From assembly GCA_038062895.1 (NCBI GenBank), contig JBBTWJ010000003.1, forward strand, positions 27,474-91,473: a stretch of 64,000 nt of DNA, written 5' to 3'. Shown here one piece after another: positions 9,833-19,747 of the stretch (positions within the stretch are counted from its first letter, which is position 1; each line of letters opens with the position of its first letter). The position numbers and the translations under genes are program-made. Source of the stretch: Patescibacteria group bacterium (GTDB lineage Bacteria > Patescibacteriota > Microgenomatia > UBA10105 > UBA927). The notes beneath the pieces were generated by a model, which searched no databases, had not been told where the DNA came from, and worked only from the letters and a program-made list of their open reading frames with translations.

Positions 9833-11491
9833 TTAGCGATCAGCGATACGTATGGCCTCTTTTCCATCCAGATAATTGATCGTCAATAGGTTCGCAGCAG
9901 ACATTTCCTTAGGAGTACCGATAAATAATGTTTTTCCGTCCTTGGTCTCGCTATCCCAATGGATCGGCCGGAATTCATACCGGTCGAATTTGTTTTTTAT
10001 CTCGGCGAACCCACCGGATGACGTCCCTCCTTCAGACAAGTATTTGGCAGGGTCGTATTTGAGGAAGTAGAGAAAAAACATGTGTGGCTGTTCCAGCTTG
10101 GTCGATACGACTACCTTCGTGTACCCGGCACCTTCTTTTTGTGCATAATCCACCGCCTGCTTGTACCCGTATTGCCAATACTCGGAAACCTCCCGGTTCA
10201 TATGAGAAAAATACATATGAAGGAAATACATAATATTAATAACAAATAATAAAATAAACGAATAAGTAAATAAACGAATAAAAAAGGAACGTTTGTTATC
10301 TTCATGCCAACGCAATGCCTGTAGCACGCCGAAGGCGGTAAACACCTGAAACGTGGGCAGAAAAACGAGAGTGCGGATTGCGTGGGGCAATCCCGTCGTG
10401 GGTGAAGCTGCAACCGGTGCCAACAAAAACCAGCCGATCATTATTTTTGAGAATTTTCCTCCCTGCTTACCGACCGTCATCATACCCCACAGGAGAAACG
10501 GCAGCTCTGCAAGGTATAAAAGTCCCATATCCGGCGCATGATGACGTGGATTGTCTCCGGTCACGAACAACCACCGGAACGAAAAATGAGAAAGATAACC
10601 ATCTAGAATTGTTGTAGCCCACACAATCCGCCGGTTATCAAATAGAACACCAAGAAGATTACCGGATTTGCCATCCTGGTCGAGCTTGCGGACACTTTTA
10701 GCAAGTAATCCTGTTTGGTCCGCGAGTGAACTCGTTCCCCGAAGCCTCATGATAGTTGTAGGATTGAGAAGCACCGTAAGAAGCGGTGCAATGGTTAGGA
10801 TACCAACGAGCACCCCGACCACTACGGATCGCTTCTGCATCAATAACTCCTTCCGGTATATCCACGTCAGGAGCAGCACAAGAAGCGGAACAAATATTCT
10901 CTCGCTGTGATAGGCATACAGCCCTAGCCCAAACAAAAAGGAGCTTGCTAAAAGCATTCTCTTTTGCTGTAAACCTTTTAGAAATGCCCACACCGCCCAA
11001 ATATTTATCGTCACCCCAATATTGGCTTCAAAAGCGATACGAGAAAACTGGATATGCCAGGGGGAAAGAGCCAACAAAAGCGAAGCTATTGTTGGCAAGT
11101 AAAAAGTCTGTAAAGTCGAAAGTCCATAAAGTTTATTAAATTTTTCCCGAGTTAATTCCTTCACTAAAAAATATGTTCCCAAAACCGCTAAAATGCCTGC
11201 AATCGCAGAAGGAAGACGTACGGCCCAGGTTTCCAAACCAAATACAGCAACGGCAGGAAGCGCAAGATACATATAAAGTGGAGGCTTGTAATCATCGTAC
11301 GAACGAAGTGAAAGTGGAAACCAGGTACTGTATTCATCGCGGCCGGTTTTTAATACCGAATACGCGTTATACCCTAAAGCCGCCTCATCCCAATCCGGAC
11401 TTGGAGGAATAGTTCCCAATTGCCACAACCGGAGCATCGCGGCTAGCACCACAATCATGAGTAGCGCAACCTTATTATTCATAGTTTTCAT
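9833..11491 (-). CDS. GT39/GT83 ArnT/PMT-family polyprenyl-phosphate-sugar-dependent glycosyltransferase.
   Basis: N-terminal DWDEAALGYNAYSVLKTGRDEYS motif (the catalytic DE and YxAxSxLxTGxDE loop typical of ArnT/PMT-like enzymes) followed by ~12 TM helices. Confidence 0.7.
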   Translation of the reverse strand: MKTMNNKVALLMIVVLAAMLRLWQLGTIPPSPDWDEAALGYNAYSVLKTGRDEYSTWFPLSLRSYDDYKPPLYMYLALPAVAVFGLETWAVRLPSAIAGILAVLGTYFLVKELTREKFNKLYGLSTLQTFYLPTIASLLLALSPWHIQFSRIAFEANIGVTINIWAVWAFLKGLQQKRMLLASSFLFGLGLYAYHSERIFVPLLVLLLTWIYRKELLMQKRSVVVGVLVGILTIAPLLTVLLNPTTIMRLRGTSSLADQTGLLAKSVRKLDQDGKSGNLLGVLFDNRRIVWATTILDGYLSHFSFRWLFVTGDNPRHHAPDMGLLYLAELPFLLWGMMTVGKQGGKFSKIMIGWFLLAPVAASPTTGLPHAIRTLVFLPTFQVFTAFGVLQALRWHEDNKRSFFIRLFTYSFILLFVINIMYFLHMYFSHMNREVSEYWQYGYKQAVDYAQKEGAGYTKVVVSTKLEQPHMFFLYFLKYDPAKYLSEGGTSSGGFAEIKNKFDRYEFRPIHWDSETKDGKTLFIGTPKEMSAANLLTINYLDGKEAIRIADR

Positions 11492-13224
11492 GGTTTATCA
11501 AAAAGAACGAAAGCAGTTTCCCCATTGAGACGCTTAATGGTCGACAAAATACGTTCTCCCCCGGGCGCTTCACTGGACAAAGCCACGTAGAGTATCCCGC
11601 GGTCAAAGGATCCGATTCCTTTATCGGTAAATCTATATTTCCCAAATCCGAAGACATGATAAAATCCGGCCGCATCAAACGTGGATTTCTTCGACGCGAG
11701 ATACGCGGATGGATCCGTTCGTGTAAAAAAAAGTGTATACATGTATGATCTTCCGTACGCTTCGCTGAGGACTACCCCATCATACGAGTCCTCAAATTGT
11801 TGCATCTGGGCAATGGCCTGCTTGTATCCATACTGCCACTCGGCAGAATATTCCTGGGCATAGTGATTGAAGTAGTTATGCCAGAAGTAAGAAAAACTTG
11901 CTATAAACAATAAGCAATAAACAATAAACACGAGATTACTTTTGACTTTTTCAGCCAAAGGCTGATCCGCCTCTGGAGGAGACTTTTGACTTTTGACTAG
12001 GGCTATCAATCCATACGCGGTGAAAATATGCCATACCGGCAAAGTATTTTCGATCCGAAGTGCATGCGGCGTCTCCCGTGCCACTCCTGCCGGCAATATC
12101 GCAAGTACGATCCAAAGAATGAGCGTCCACGCTAATTTCGTATCAACCGCAAACAACCGATAGATTCCGTAGACGAGAAACGGCGCTTCGATAAGATACA
12201 ACTGCCCCACGTCTTGAAGCGAAAACTTCGGATTACCATCTCCCCGGATAAAAAGAAACCAAGGCTGCAAGTGATCAAAGAGATGCTTGAGATATTCGAT
12301 ACCAAACCCAACTCTCCGATTGTGAAAAATTCTTGCAAAAAATGTATTACCATCCACGGCCATCCGATCGTTAGATTTCTCAATGATCGACAGGTCTGAA
12401 AAAATATTGACTTCGGTAAACCGGAGTCTGGCTTCCGGCGAAACCAAATGGGGCATGAGCGGAGCCAGAAGAATAAGTCCCAAAAAAATGCCCACGAGGG
12501 CATAGCGTTTATATGCCCATATCTTGTCCCGAATCCAAAAAAAGAATAACAGAGCAAGAAATGGTGCCACGTACCGAGCGCTATTAAAGGTATACATAGC
12601 CAGCACAAACGGCATCCAGCAAACCATAAGAACACGCGGTCTTTCTCGGGAGAGCAAAACAAGCCATATACCGAACAACAGAATGGTAAGTGCAATATTT
12701 GCCTCCCACCCGGCCCGGGAGAGCTGAATATGCCAAGGCGATACCGCCAGCAAAAACGCACTAAGGAGTGCTATTGCTTGCAAATTCCAATTTTCAAATT
12801 CCAAATTCCAAAATTTTGGCGCTTGGTGCTTGCTTGGTATTTGATGCTTGATGCTTGGTGCTTCCTGACGAAAAAGCTCTAACACCAATAGATACGTGAG
12901 CAATACAGCGAGCGTGCCGGCTATAACCGACGGCAATCGCACCGCGAGTTCCGTAAGACCAAAAACTGCAATAAACGGGACCGTGAGGTAAACCGCAAGT
13001 GGGGGTTTGTAATCTCCGTAACCCACGAACGTATCTATCGGCAGAAATCTTCCATGCTCATCCTTCCCCGTTTTCAGAATACTATATGCGTTATATCCTA
13101 TGGATACTTCATCCCAAGATAAAGAAGGCGGTACGCTTGAAACGCCGATGAAACGAATATATGCAGCTATGACAACGATGGCAATCAAAAAAAAATGATC
13201 CCTTAATAGTTTCCGGAATTTCAT
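11488..13224 (-). CDS. GT39/ArnT-like glycosyltransferase (tandem paralog of 9833..11491).
   Basis: SLSWDEVSIGYNAYSILKTGKDEHG motif and polytopic profile. ATGA overlap with the downstream paralog. Confidence 0.7.
   Translation of the reverse strand: MKFRKLLRDHFFLIAIVVIAAYIRFIGVSSVPPSLSWDEVSIGYNAYSILKTGKDEHGRFLPIDTFVGYGDYKPPLAVYLTVPFIAVFGLTELAVRLPSVIAGTLAVLLTYLLVLELFRQEAPSIKHQIPSKHQAPKFWNLEFENWNLQAIALLSAFLLAVSPWHIQLSRAGWEANIALTILLFGIWLVLLSRERPRVLMVCWMPFVLAMYTFNSARYVAPFLALLFFFWIRDKIWAYKRYALVGIFLGLILLAPLMPHLVSPEARLRFTEVNIFSDLSIIEKSNDRMAVDGNTFFARIFHNRRVGFGIEYLKHLFDHLQPWFLFIRGDGNPKFSLQDVGQLYLIEAPFLVYGIYRLFAVDTKLAWTLILWIVLAILPAGVARETPHALRIENTLPVWHIFTAYGLIALVKSQKSPPEADQPLAEKVKSNLVFIVYCLLFIASFSYFWHNYFNHYAQEYSAEWQYGYKQAIAQMQQFEDSYDGVVLSEAYGRSYMYTLFFTRTDPSAYLASKKSTFDAAGFYHVFGFGKYRFTDKGIGSFDRGILYVALSSEAPGGERILSTIKRLNGETAFVLFDKP
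11905..11931. repeat. (AAACAAT)x4 heptanucleotide repeat. On the coding strand (TTTATTG) it encodes the TM segment VFIVYCLLFI of the 11488..13224 product.
   Basis: Direct reading: aaacaataagcaataaacaataaacac. Confidence 0.75.
12781..12866. repeat. Two adjacent heptamer tracts, (CAAATTC)x5 and (TTGGTGC/TTGATGC)x6, inside the GT39 gene. They encode a low-complexity loop ...HQIPSKHQAPKFWNLEFENWNL.
   Basis: Direct reading: caaattccaattttcaaattccaaattccaaaattttggcgcttggtgcttgcttggtatttgatgcttgatgcttggtgcttcc. Confidence 0.8.
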
Positions 13225-14510
13225 ATCTCTCCCTCATCCCACGCTTTCACTCCACCTAATAAAAACAGCGTTGATAAAAATAACACGTGACTGTTGTTAA
13301 AGTACCGGCTCGTATACCAAATGATCAAAAGAAAAAAACTATATCCAAATAATAATCGGTGGATAGAAGGCTTTTGTCTTATATACCAACATGCCCATAA
13401 TGCCGTTGGAATACCGAGGGCAGCCTGCCATAGGACAAAAGGATAATATGCGTGGATATCTCTGATGATCCCAAATCCGTATAACACCATTCCTAAACCG
13501 TATCCGGATACGGGATAACTATGGGGAGAATTACCGCTTAGATAAAATACGGTACTTCTCACATAAGCACCCGCATCCCATAGAAGAAAAGGCAACAAGA
13601 TGCCCCCGGCGACTATGCCGATGGCGATCAAAACTTTCAGCATTGGGAGGCCCGGACGTTTATTTGAAAACCAAATATATCCCAGATAAAACGGTGCAGC
13701 AAACCATATTGTCTGCTTGGAAACAAGCGCCAGTCCAAATAGTGCTGCAGAAACGAGAAGACGTTTTTTTTCCAAAAAGTATAATGCCAATAAAAACCAA
13801 AATAGGGCAAACGAATCGCTTCTGCCTTCAATAAAAAAATTGACGGCTCCCGGGGCAAAGGTAAAAAGAATAATCCCCAAACGTGCAATTCTTTTATTAT
13901 TGGTCCATTTCCACAGTACGATTAATGTGCCGATAAATGTAAAAACAAGAATCTCCCGACCATCAAAATATCCCAGTGTACGATGGGATAGAGTCCAAAT
14001 CGGATAAGACGAAATCAAATACCATGGCGGCATAACAAAGTTATAGAGCGCCGGATTAACCGCAATGTTTCCAAGCTCGCGGTATTCCCATTGTGCGAGC
14101 GGGGTTTGGAAATATGTCTCATAATATGGATTTTTCCCTTGGGCTAAAAAGCCAATCCCCGATTCTAATTGCAAAATGATGTCATGGACTTCGTTGGGGC
14201 CTCCGGGTGCATTCTTCCCTCTATTGATTATTGACGTCACAAGCGCTGCTCCCACCGTAAGCATGATGACTATACATACCACCGCCGTTTGAACCTTTTC
14301 GAATAATTTCTTATTTATTTGTGAAGCCAACAACGAAAAAACAATGTTTCCGAAAACAAGAATATAAATAATACTAAAAAGCCAATAAGGAGTTGGATCA
14401 ACTGGCAAAATTCGATACGAGAACGGCAATGGAAGAGCAAGAACAGCGAGGAGTACAGCGTCAAAAACAACAGGCATACTAAGCTTCATTCTACGCGAGA
14501 AGCCAATCAT
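13221..14510 (-). CDS. DUF2029/GT87-like polytopic membrane glycosyltransferase (mannosyltransferase-like).
   Basis: 429-aa ORF with many TM helices, NPYYETY and RGRSDSFALFWFLLALYFL motifs reminiscent of GT87/DUF2029. Start could also be the internal MKLSMPVV. Confidence 0.45.
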   Translation of the reverse strand: MIGFSRRMKLSMPVVFDAVLLAVLALPLPFSYRILPVDPTPYWLFSIIYILVFGNIVFSLLASQINKKLFEKVQTAVVCIVIMLTVGAALVTSIINRGKNAPGGPNEVHDIILQLESGIGFLAQGKNPYYETYFQTPLAQWEYRELGNIAVNPALYNFVMPPWYLISSYPIWTLSHRTLGYFDGREILVFTFIGTLIVLWKWTNNKRIARLGIILFTFAPGAVNFFIEGRSDSFALFWFLLALYFLEKKRLLVSAALFGLALVSKQTIWFAAPFYLGYIWFSNKRPGLPMLKVLIAIGIVAGGILLPFLLWDAGAYVRSTVFYLSGNSPHSYPVSGYGLGMVLYGFGIIRDIHAYYPFVLWQAALGIPTALWACWYIRQKPSIHRLLFGYSFFLLIIWYTSRYFNNSHVLFLSTLFLLGGVKAWDEGEI

Positions 14511-16292
14511 TTGGCAATACTATCCCGCCTCATGTATGATGAGTCATGCAGTATGATCAGAAAAAATAGTTTTGTATTTGCTCTGTACCTAGCTCTCGCC
14601 GTCGTTCTCACTTGGCCACTCGCACTCTCCGGGTGGGATCACGTCATCAATGCCGGCGATCCGCTCTTTTATGCATGGAACCTCATGCATAATTTCCGGT
14701 CAATCGGAAGTGGACTCGGCAATATACTTGATACGAATATTTACTACCCGACGCCGAACACGCTTGCGCTCTCCGACACATTGCTTGCCCAAACAATACT
14801 CACCTATCCCATAATTTGGCTTACCAATAATCCAATTTTCGCTATCAATATCTATACGCTCCTCACCTTCCCTATCGCGGGATTAGGCATGTATCTTCTC
14901 GTCACATCTCTCGTCAAAAATGAATGGGCAGCATGGCTTAGCGGCGCTCTGTTCGCTTACTCGATGTCCCGCTTCGGACAAATATCCCATCTACCGGCGT
15001 TGAGCAGCCAATGGCTCCCATATTATTTCTATGGACTGTATTGGTTTCTCCGGGAAGGCAAATTCCGTAACATCACTGCAGCCATGATCTCTTTTCTCCT
15101 CCTTCTGAGCTCTACCGTATATTTGGGTGTTTTCGCCGTCGTTGTCTCCATCGTTACGGTTGGTGCATTCCTTATCTCTTGGGTCAGAAATCATCAGATG
15201 TCTATCGCTTGGGCCCGTTTCAAGATGTCGCTTCTTCCTCTGGGTTTTATCACTATTGCCTCCCTCATTCTCATGTATCCATACATTCGCCTAAAAGCGG
15301 AACATCCGGAAATCACCCGATCACTGGAAGAATCCTCTGCCAGAGCCGCCTATCAACAAGACTATTTTGCCGTGACCAAAACAAGCATCCTCTCACCAAT
15401 CCTCAAAACTGATGAGGGGGAACGAACGCTGTATCCGACCATTACCCTCCTCCTGCTTGCCGGATTAGGCATGACGCAATGGAAGAAAAAAACATACCGG
15501 TTTTCTATCATGCTGTCTTTTTTGATCACGCTCACCGGTCTCATCCTATCTTTTGGGCCGGAGCGGCCGTTTTCCATCGGCTCTTTTTCTACTGGCTATA
15601 TCACGCTTCCCTACGCATATCTCTATAAAATTTTTCCGCTGCTTCAAATTCTTCGAGTTCCCGCACGATTTTCTATCGTGTTTCTTCTCGGGCTCTGCAT
15701 GCTTGCGGGATTCGGTGTGGCTTCAATCCGCAATCCCAAAGGTAAGACAAAATTTCAAATGGCAACGCTTGGCTTTATTTGTCTCATTTTTTTCCTCGAA
15801 ATATGGCAATTGCCACTGTCGCTTGTAAAAGTTCCTACCTATACCAACGTCCCGCTTATCTATCAATGGCTTCAACAGCAACAAAACGTGCAGGCTATCA
15901 TAGAGCTACCGATTGGCAATATTGAGACTGGGATAATTCCTATAGATAAACAGGTGACACTTCGCTACGAGGATCTTACCGGGGATAGCCCGTTGGCGAC
16001 GGAAACATACCGTGTATACTTTGCGGGGTTTCACAATAAAAAAACAGTCAATGGCTACAGCGGTTATGTAGCACAAAGCTTCCACGACGCTGTTGATGCC
16101 ACGGCTTCATTCCCGAGCTCCTCTTCCATCGAGTATTTACGATCTCAAGGTGTTTCACACATCATTGTCCACCCCAGGCAATTACCTCCGGAAAAACGCG
16201 GACAATTTATCATCGACCCAAACCATCCGGAGCTCCAAGTAAGATTTTCCACTCTTGACGGTGATATTGTTTATGAAATCAGGCATCAATAA
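14511..16292 (+). CDS. Polytopic membrane protein (unassigned, probable GT-C-like) with a C-terminal extracytoplasmic domain.
   Basis: Long ORF and one of the few plus-strand genes. The track start is TTG at 14511, immediately abutting the divergent gene. A more plausible start is ATG at 14553 (MIRKNSFVFALYLALAVVL...). Confidence 0.5.
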   Translation: MAILSRLMYDESCSMIRKNSFVFALYLALAVVLTWPLALSGWDHVINAGDPLFYAWNLMHNFRSIGSGLGNILDTNIYYPTPNTLALSDTLLAQTILTYPIIWLTNNPIFAINIYTLLTFPIAGLGMYLLVTSLVKNEWAAWLSGALFAYSMSRFGQISHLPALSSQWLPYYFYGLYWFLREGKFRNITAAMISFLLLLSSTVYLGVFAVVVSIVTVGAFLISWVRNHQMSIAWARFKMSLLPLGFITIASLILMYPYIRLKAEHPEITRSLEESSARAAYQQDYFAVTKTSILSPILKTDEGERTLYPTITLLLLAGLGMTQWKKKTYRFSIMLSFLITLTGLILSFGPERPFSIGSFSTGYITLPYAYLYKIFPLLQILRVPARFSIVFLLGLCMLAGFGVASIRNPKGKTKFQMATLGFICLIFFLEIWQLPLSLVKVPTYTNVPLIYQWLQQQQNVQAIIELPIGNIETGIIPIDKQVTLRYEDLTGDSPLATETYRVYFAGFHNKKTVNGYSGYVAQSFHDAVDATASFPSSSSIEYLRSQGVSHIIVHPRQLPPEKRGQFIIDPNHPELQVRFSTLDGDIVYEIRHQ

Positions 16293-16316
16293 TGCAAGGG
16301 AAACAAGTGCTATAAT
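16285..16316 (+). promoter_or_regulatory. Candidate sigma70-type promoter with extended -10 (TGcTATAAT) upstream of the plus-strand GT39 gene.
   Basis: gtgcTATAATctct is 32 nt upstream of ATG 16348. The -35 is weak (atcaat, at a 20-nt spacing). Confidence 0.35.
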
Positions 16317-16347
16317 CTCTCTGAGAAACCCGTAATTTACAACGAGT

Positions 16348-18045
16348 ATGAAGTCTAAATATACATGGATATTATTCGGAGTGATTTTACTGATCGCCTT
16401 TCTCCTCCGTTTTTATAAGCTCGGCGAGATTCCCAACGGACTGTATCAGGATGAAACCGCTATCGGATATAACGCCTACTCCATCCTGACCACCGGTCGA
16501 GACGAGCATAGCAGCCCATACCCACTCTACTTCAAATCGTTCGGAGACTGGAAATTACCAGTTTATATTTACTTGACCGCAGGATCCGTCCGATTATTCG
16601 GCTTAAACGGATTCTCTGTCCGGTTTCCTTCGGCATTATTCGGAGTGCTTTCCATAATAGTTTTGTATTTCTACATCCGCGCAATCACAAAGAATCCTAC
16701 TCTTGCCCTCCTGGCGAGCGGACTTCTTGCCATTAATCCGTGGCACGTATTCTACTCACGTGCGACGTTTGAAGTAAGTGTCGCACTATTCTTCTTTCTC
16801 GTTGGCGGGCTATTTCTTGATCTATCGCTCAACAACAGAAAAAAAGGCGCATTTATTGTATCCGTGCTTTCCTTTCTCATCGCCTTCTGGTCATATAATC
16901 TCACAAGACTATTAGCTCCAATGCTTTTTATACTACTCTTTCTTCAATACCGGAAACATTTGAACTATCTGTCCAAAATTGAAATAGGATTGACCCTGGC
17001 ATTTTCATCCATTATTTTATTCCCATTTTTCATTTCTCTTGGCCAAAGCGGTGGCAGCGCGTCAGCCACAGGAACGCTTATTGGCACGAGTGCGAGTGTC
17101 CAAGCGAAGCTTCTGGAATTTCGAAGTTACCTCATAGAGCTTCCGGCGCCAATCATAAAATTATTGTTTAATAAGTGGGCGCTTACCGGCTGGCAATACC
17201 TGACAAATATAGCCTCGTACCTATCCGTACCGTTCTTTTTTCTGACCGGATCCGATCATGGGAATCACGGAATCGGAACAAGTGGACTTTTTTACCTCTT
17301 TGAACTGCCGTTTCTCCTCATTGGAAGTATGTCACTAATACGACAGAAACTTCCATGGAGCTTGCATCTGGGCACATGGGCTCTAGCGACAGTTGCCGTC
17401 GCCTCACTCACCCGCGAATCACCACACGCTACGCGGAGCTTTTTCCTGACCATTCCTGTCGAAACTATCGTTGCGTGGGGACTTTTGACTACTATTTCTT
17501 ATTGGCGTTCACTGAAAAAAACGCCTCTATCATACATACTTGCTTTCGCATTATGCGTTGTTTTTGTATGGAACATCGCGCATTACTATACCTCCTATTT
17601 CGTCCGATTTCCTATAGCCTACGCACCGTCATGGAGATCAGCAGACAAGGACCTTTCGCTGTTCATCGCAGGAGCACAGCATAATTATGAAAAGGTTATT
17701 TTTGATAAAAAAGCCGGATTTATGTATACGTCGCTTCTTTTCTATGCTTCTTATCCTCCAAAAGAATTTCAGGAAACGGCAACATATGCACCGGATGATA
17801 CGGAAGGATTTAGTGAACTGCTCTCTTTTGGAACATACGAATTCCGGGAAATCGATTGGCACAAGGATCTGACGCCCGGCACCCTCATTATCACGGCGCC
17901 TCATCAAGTGCCCACGACGGAATCACTCATGCGCACATTTTCTTACCCGCGACGGCCTATTGTTCTTGCCCTCAAGCAATCGATAGCGCAATACCCCGTT
18001 GAGGAAGTAGCCTATGCGGCAGTCACCGCTTCATTTGGCAGGTAA
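16348..18045 (+). CDS. GT39/ArnT-like glycosyltransferase.
   Basis: GLYQDETAIGYNAYSILTTGRDEHS motif and polytopic profile. Paralog of the minus-strand genes at 9.8-13.2 kb. Confidence 0.7.
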   Translation: MKSKYTWILFGVILLIAFLLRFYKLGEIPNGLYQDETAIGYNAYSILTTGRDEHSSPYPLYFKSFGDWKLPVYIYLTAGSVRLFGLNGFSVRFPSALFGVLSIIVLYFYIRAITKNPTLALLASGLLAINPWHVFYSRATFEVSVALFFFLVGGLFLDLSLNNRKKGAFIVSVLSFLIAFWSYNLTRLLAPMLFILLFLQYRKHLNYLSKIEIGLTLAFSSIILFPFFISLGQSGGSASATGTLIGTSASVQAKLLEFRSYLIELPAPIIKLLFNKWALTGWQYLTNIASYLSVPFFFLTGSDHGNHGIGTSGLFYLFELPFLLIGSMSLIRQKLPWSLHLGTWALATVAVASLTRESPHATRSFFLTIPVETIVAWGLLTTISYWRSLKKTPLSYILAFALCVVFVWNIAHYYTSYFVRFPIAYAPSWRSADKDLSLFIAGAQHNYEKVIFDKKAGFMYTSLLFYASYPPKEFQETATYAPDDTEGFSELLSFGTYEFREIDWHKDLTPGTLIITAPHQVPTTESLMRTFSYPRRPIVLALKQSIAQYPVEEVAYAAVTASFGR

Positions 18046-19731
18046 CGTTTCTAATAACGGGATTACTCTTAATAGAGAAAACACAGGAAGCCCATCAGGT
18101 CGACTAATTGTGCGTATCACGCGGGCATTCGTCGGAACTTTACAATCACTTCTATTTACATAAAGCGTATCAAGGTCTCCATCAACCGGGCCACCATTAT
18201 TGTCCCCCAAGGGACAGTAGGTGCGACGAAAAGTGATATTTTGAAACTTCAGACCTTCCTGCTCTCTGGGCGAACCCAGCTGTTGAAAAACATAGGGGTC
18301 AAACTTTCCAAAAAATAAATAGAAAATGAAATTGTTATTTCCATCCGTAGTCACTACTGCCTGCTTATTCTCTTTTGTGTAATCCGTCACAGCCTGCACC
18401 AACTCTTCTTCGTTAGCACTTCGGTACCATGGCTCATGTATTTTCAGATGATGAAAGTAGTTATGGAAAAAAGAACCCGCATTGTACGTAAACAGCAACA
18501 TAACAACTCCTATTCCGATAACTTTAATGTATTTTGCTGTGACGGCATAATACAACTCATGCATCCCGAACGCACTCATCATCAGAAGTGCAGGAAGCAT
18601 AAGACTAGCGCGCTGGATATTAGGCGTGTCCTCCCATGTAAGTCCGGCTGGCAGTGCGCCAACAAAAAGCCACAGCAAGGGGATAAAATACAGGCTTTTT
18701 TTAGACTTTATGACGCCACTCAAAAAAATTGAAAACCCTGTAACAATAAATAATATATCCGTAAGATACAGGTTGCCTGACCAGGGGACTTTATAACGGA
18801 CCGGTAAACCAGTAGTTACAAAGAGGAATTCCCCCGAAAAATGCTGAAAATAAAAAGAAAGAAACCGATGTCCGTAGAGAAATAATTTGTTGTGAAAAAA
18901 CCGTGTGATGACAGGCAGCTGATGCTCGTCTTCTTCAATTTGTTTCAGGAGCTCCCACGTTGATCCGCCAGGGAAATTAAAAATGCTAATACTCGCCGGG
19001 CGGTCTGCTCCCCGGCTCAACATAAAAATAGCCGCAAGAGCGACTATCAAACTTACAAAAAATACATACACCCATTTCTTGACCGTTTGATTTGGTTTAT
19101 ACGCCAGAAAAAAAAGTGGAATCGACACAAGGAGAAAAACAGGAACGAATATCCTGGCCGCGTGATAAAACAGAAGGCTTAACGTATAAAATACAAAGCT
19201 CGAGAGCAATAACTTAGGAGTATCGGTTTTACTTTTTAACGTACGAATCAAATAAACAGTTCCAAGCATGATAAAAAACCCCGCGATGACGCTTTCCGAA
19301 GTTGCACGGGAAATGATGATATGCCAGGGAGAAAATGCAAGAAATATGCTTCCCAATGTCGCAATCGATCTTAATTGTAATATCTCAAGAATGAGATAAT
19401 AAAAAACGATAACCGATGCTGCGCCAAATAGTGCTGAAGGAAGCCGGGTCGCGAAAACGTCTAATCCAAAAATTCCCACAAAGGGAGCAGCAAGATAGTG
19501 ATATCCCGATGGTCTGTAATCACCAAACTGGTCAACCGTAAGAGATAGCAGCTGTCCGTTTTGATCTTTCCCGGTCTTTAATAAGGAATATGCATTATAC
19601 CCGATGCTTGCCTCATCTCCATGAAGCCCAACCGGCACTTCAGCAAGTTGCCACGTGCGAAGAAACAAAGCAATCAGAAAAATAATAATAAGATGCCAAG
19701 GTAATTGCTTTATTTTTTGTACTATTTGCAC
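18031..19731 (-). CDS. GT39/ArnT-like glycosyltransferase (convergent paralog overlapping 16348..18045 by 15 nt at the 3' ends).
   Basis: GLHGDEASIGYNAYSLLKTGKDQNG motif. The ORF track extends to 19854, but a GTG at 19731 preceded by GGAGA (giving MQIVQKIKQLPWHLIIIFLIALFL) avoids a 107-nt overlap with the upstream gene. An ATG at 19773 is the alternative. Confidence 0.6.
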   Translation of the reverse strand: MQIVQKIKQLPWHLIIIFLIALFLRTWQLAEVPVGLHGDEASIGYNAYSLLKTGKDQNGQLLSLTVDQFGDYRPSGYHYLAAPFVGIFGLDVFATRLPSALFGAASVIVFYYLILEILQLRSIATLGSIFLAFSPWHIIISRATSESVIAGFFIMLGTVYLIRTLKSKTDTPKLLLSSFVFYTLSLLFYHAARIFVPVFLLVSIPLFFLAYKPNQTVKKWVYVFFVSLIVALAAIFMLSRGADRPASISIFNFPGGSTWELLKQIEEDEHQLPVITRFFHNKLFLYGHRFLSFYFQHFSGEFLFVTTGLPVRYKVPWSGNLYLTDILFIVTGFSIFLSGVIKSKKSLYFIPLLWLFVGALPAGLTWEDTPNIQRASLMLPALLMMSAFGMHELYYAVTAKYIKVIGIGVVMLLFTYNAGSFFHNYFHHLKIHEPWYRSANEEELVQAVTDYTKENKQAVVTTDGNNNFIFYLFFGKFDPYVFQQLGSPREQEGLKFQNITFRRTYCPLGDNNGGPVDGDLDTLYVNRSDCKVPTNARVIRTISRPDGLPVFSLLRVIPLLETLPAK

Positions 19732-19747
19732 AGAAATTTCTCCTATG

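Noticed and set aside
10201-10290. A-rich low-complexity stretch with a 14-nt near-duplicate (aaataaacgaataa).
   Set aside because: It lies in frame inside the GT39 gene, encoding a hydrophobic segment, with only two imperfect copies. It is compositional bias rather than a discrete element.
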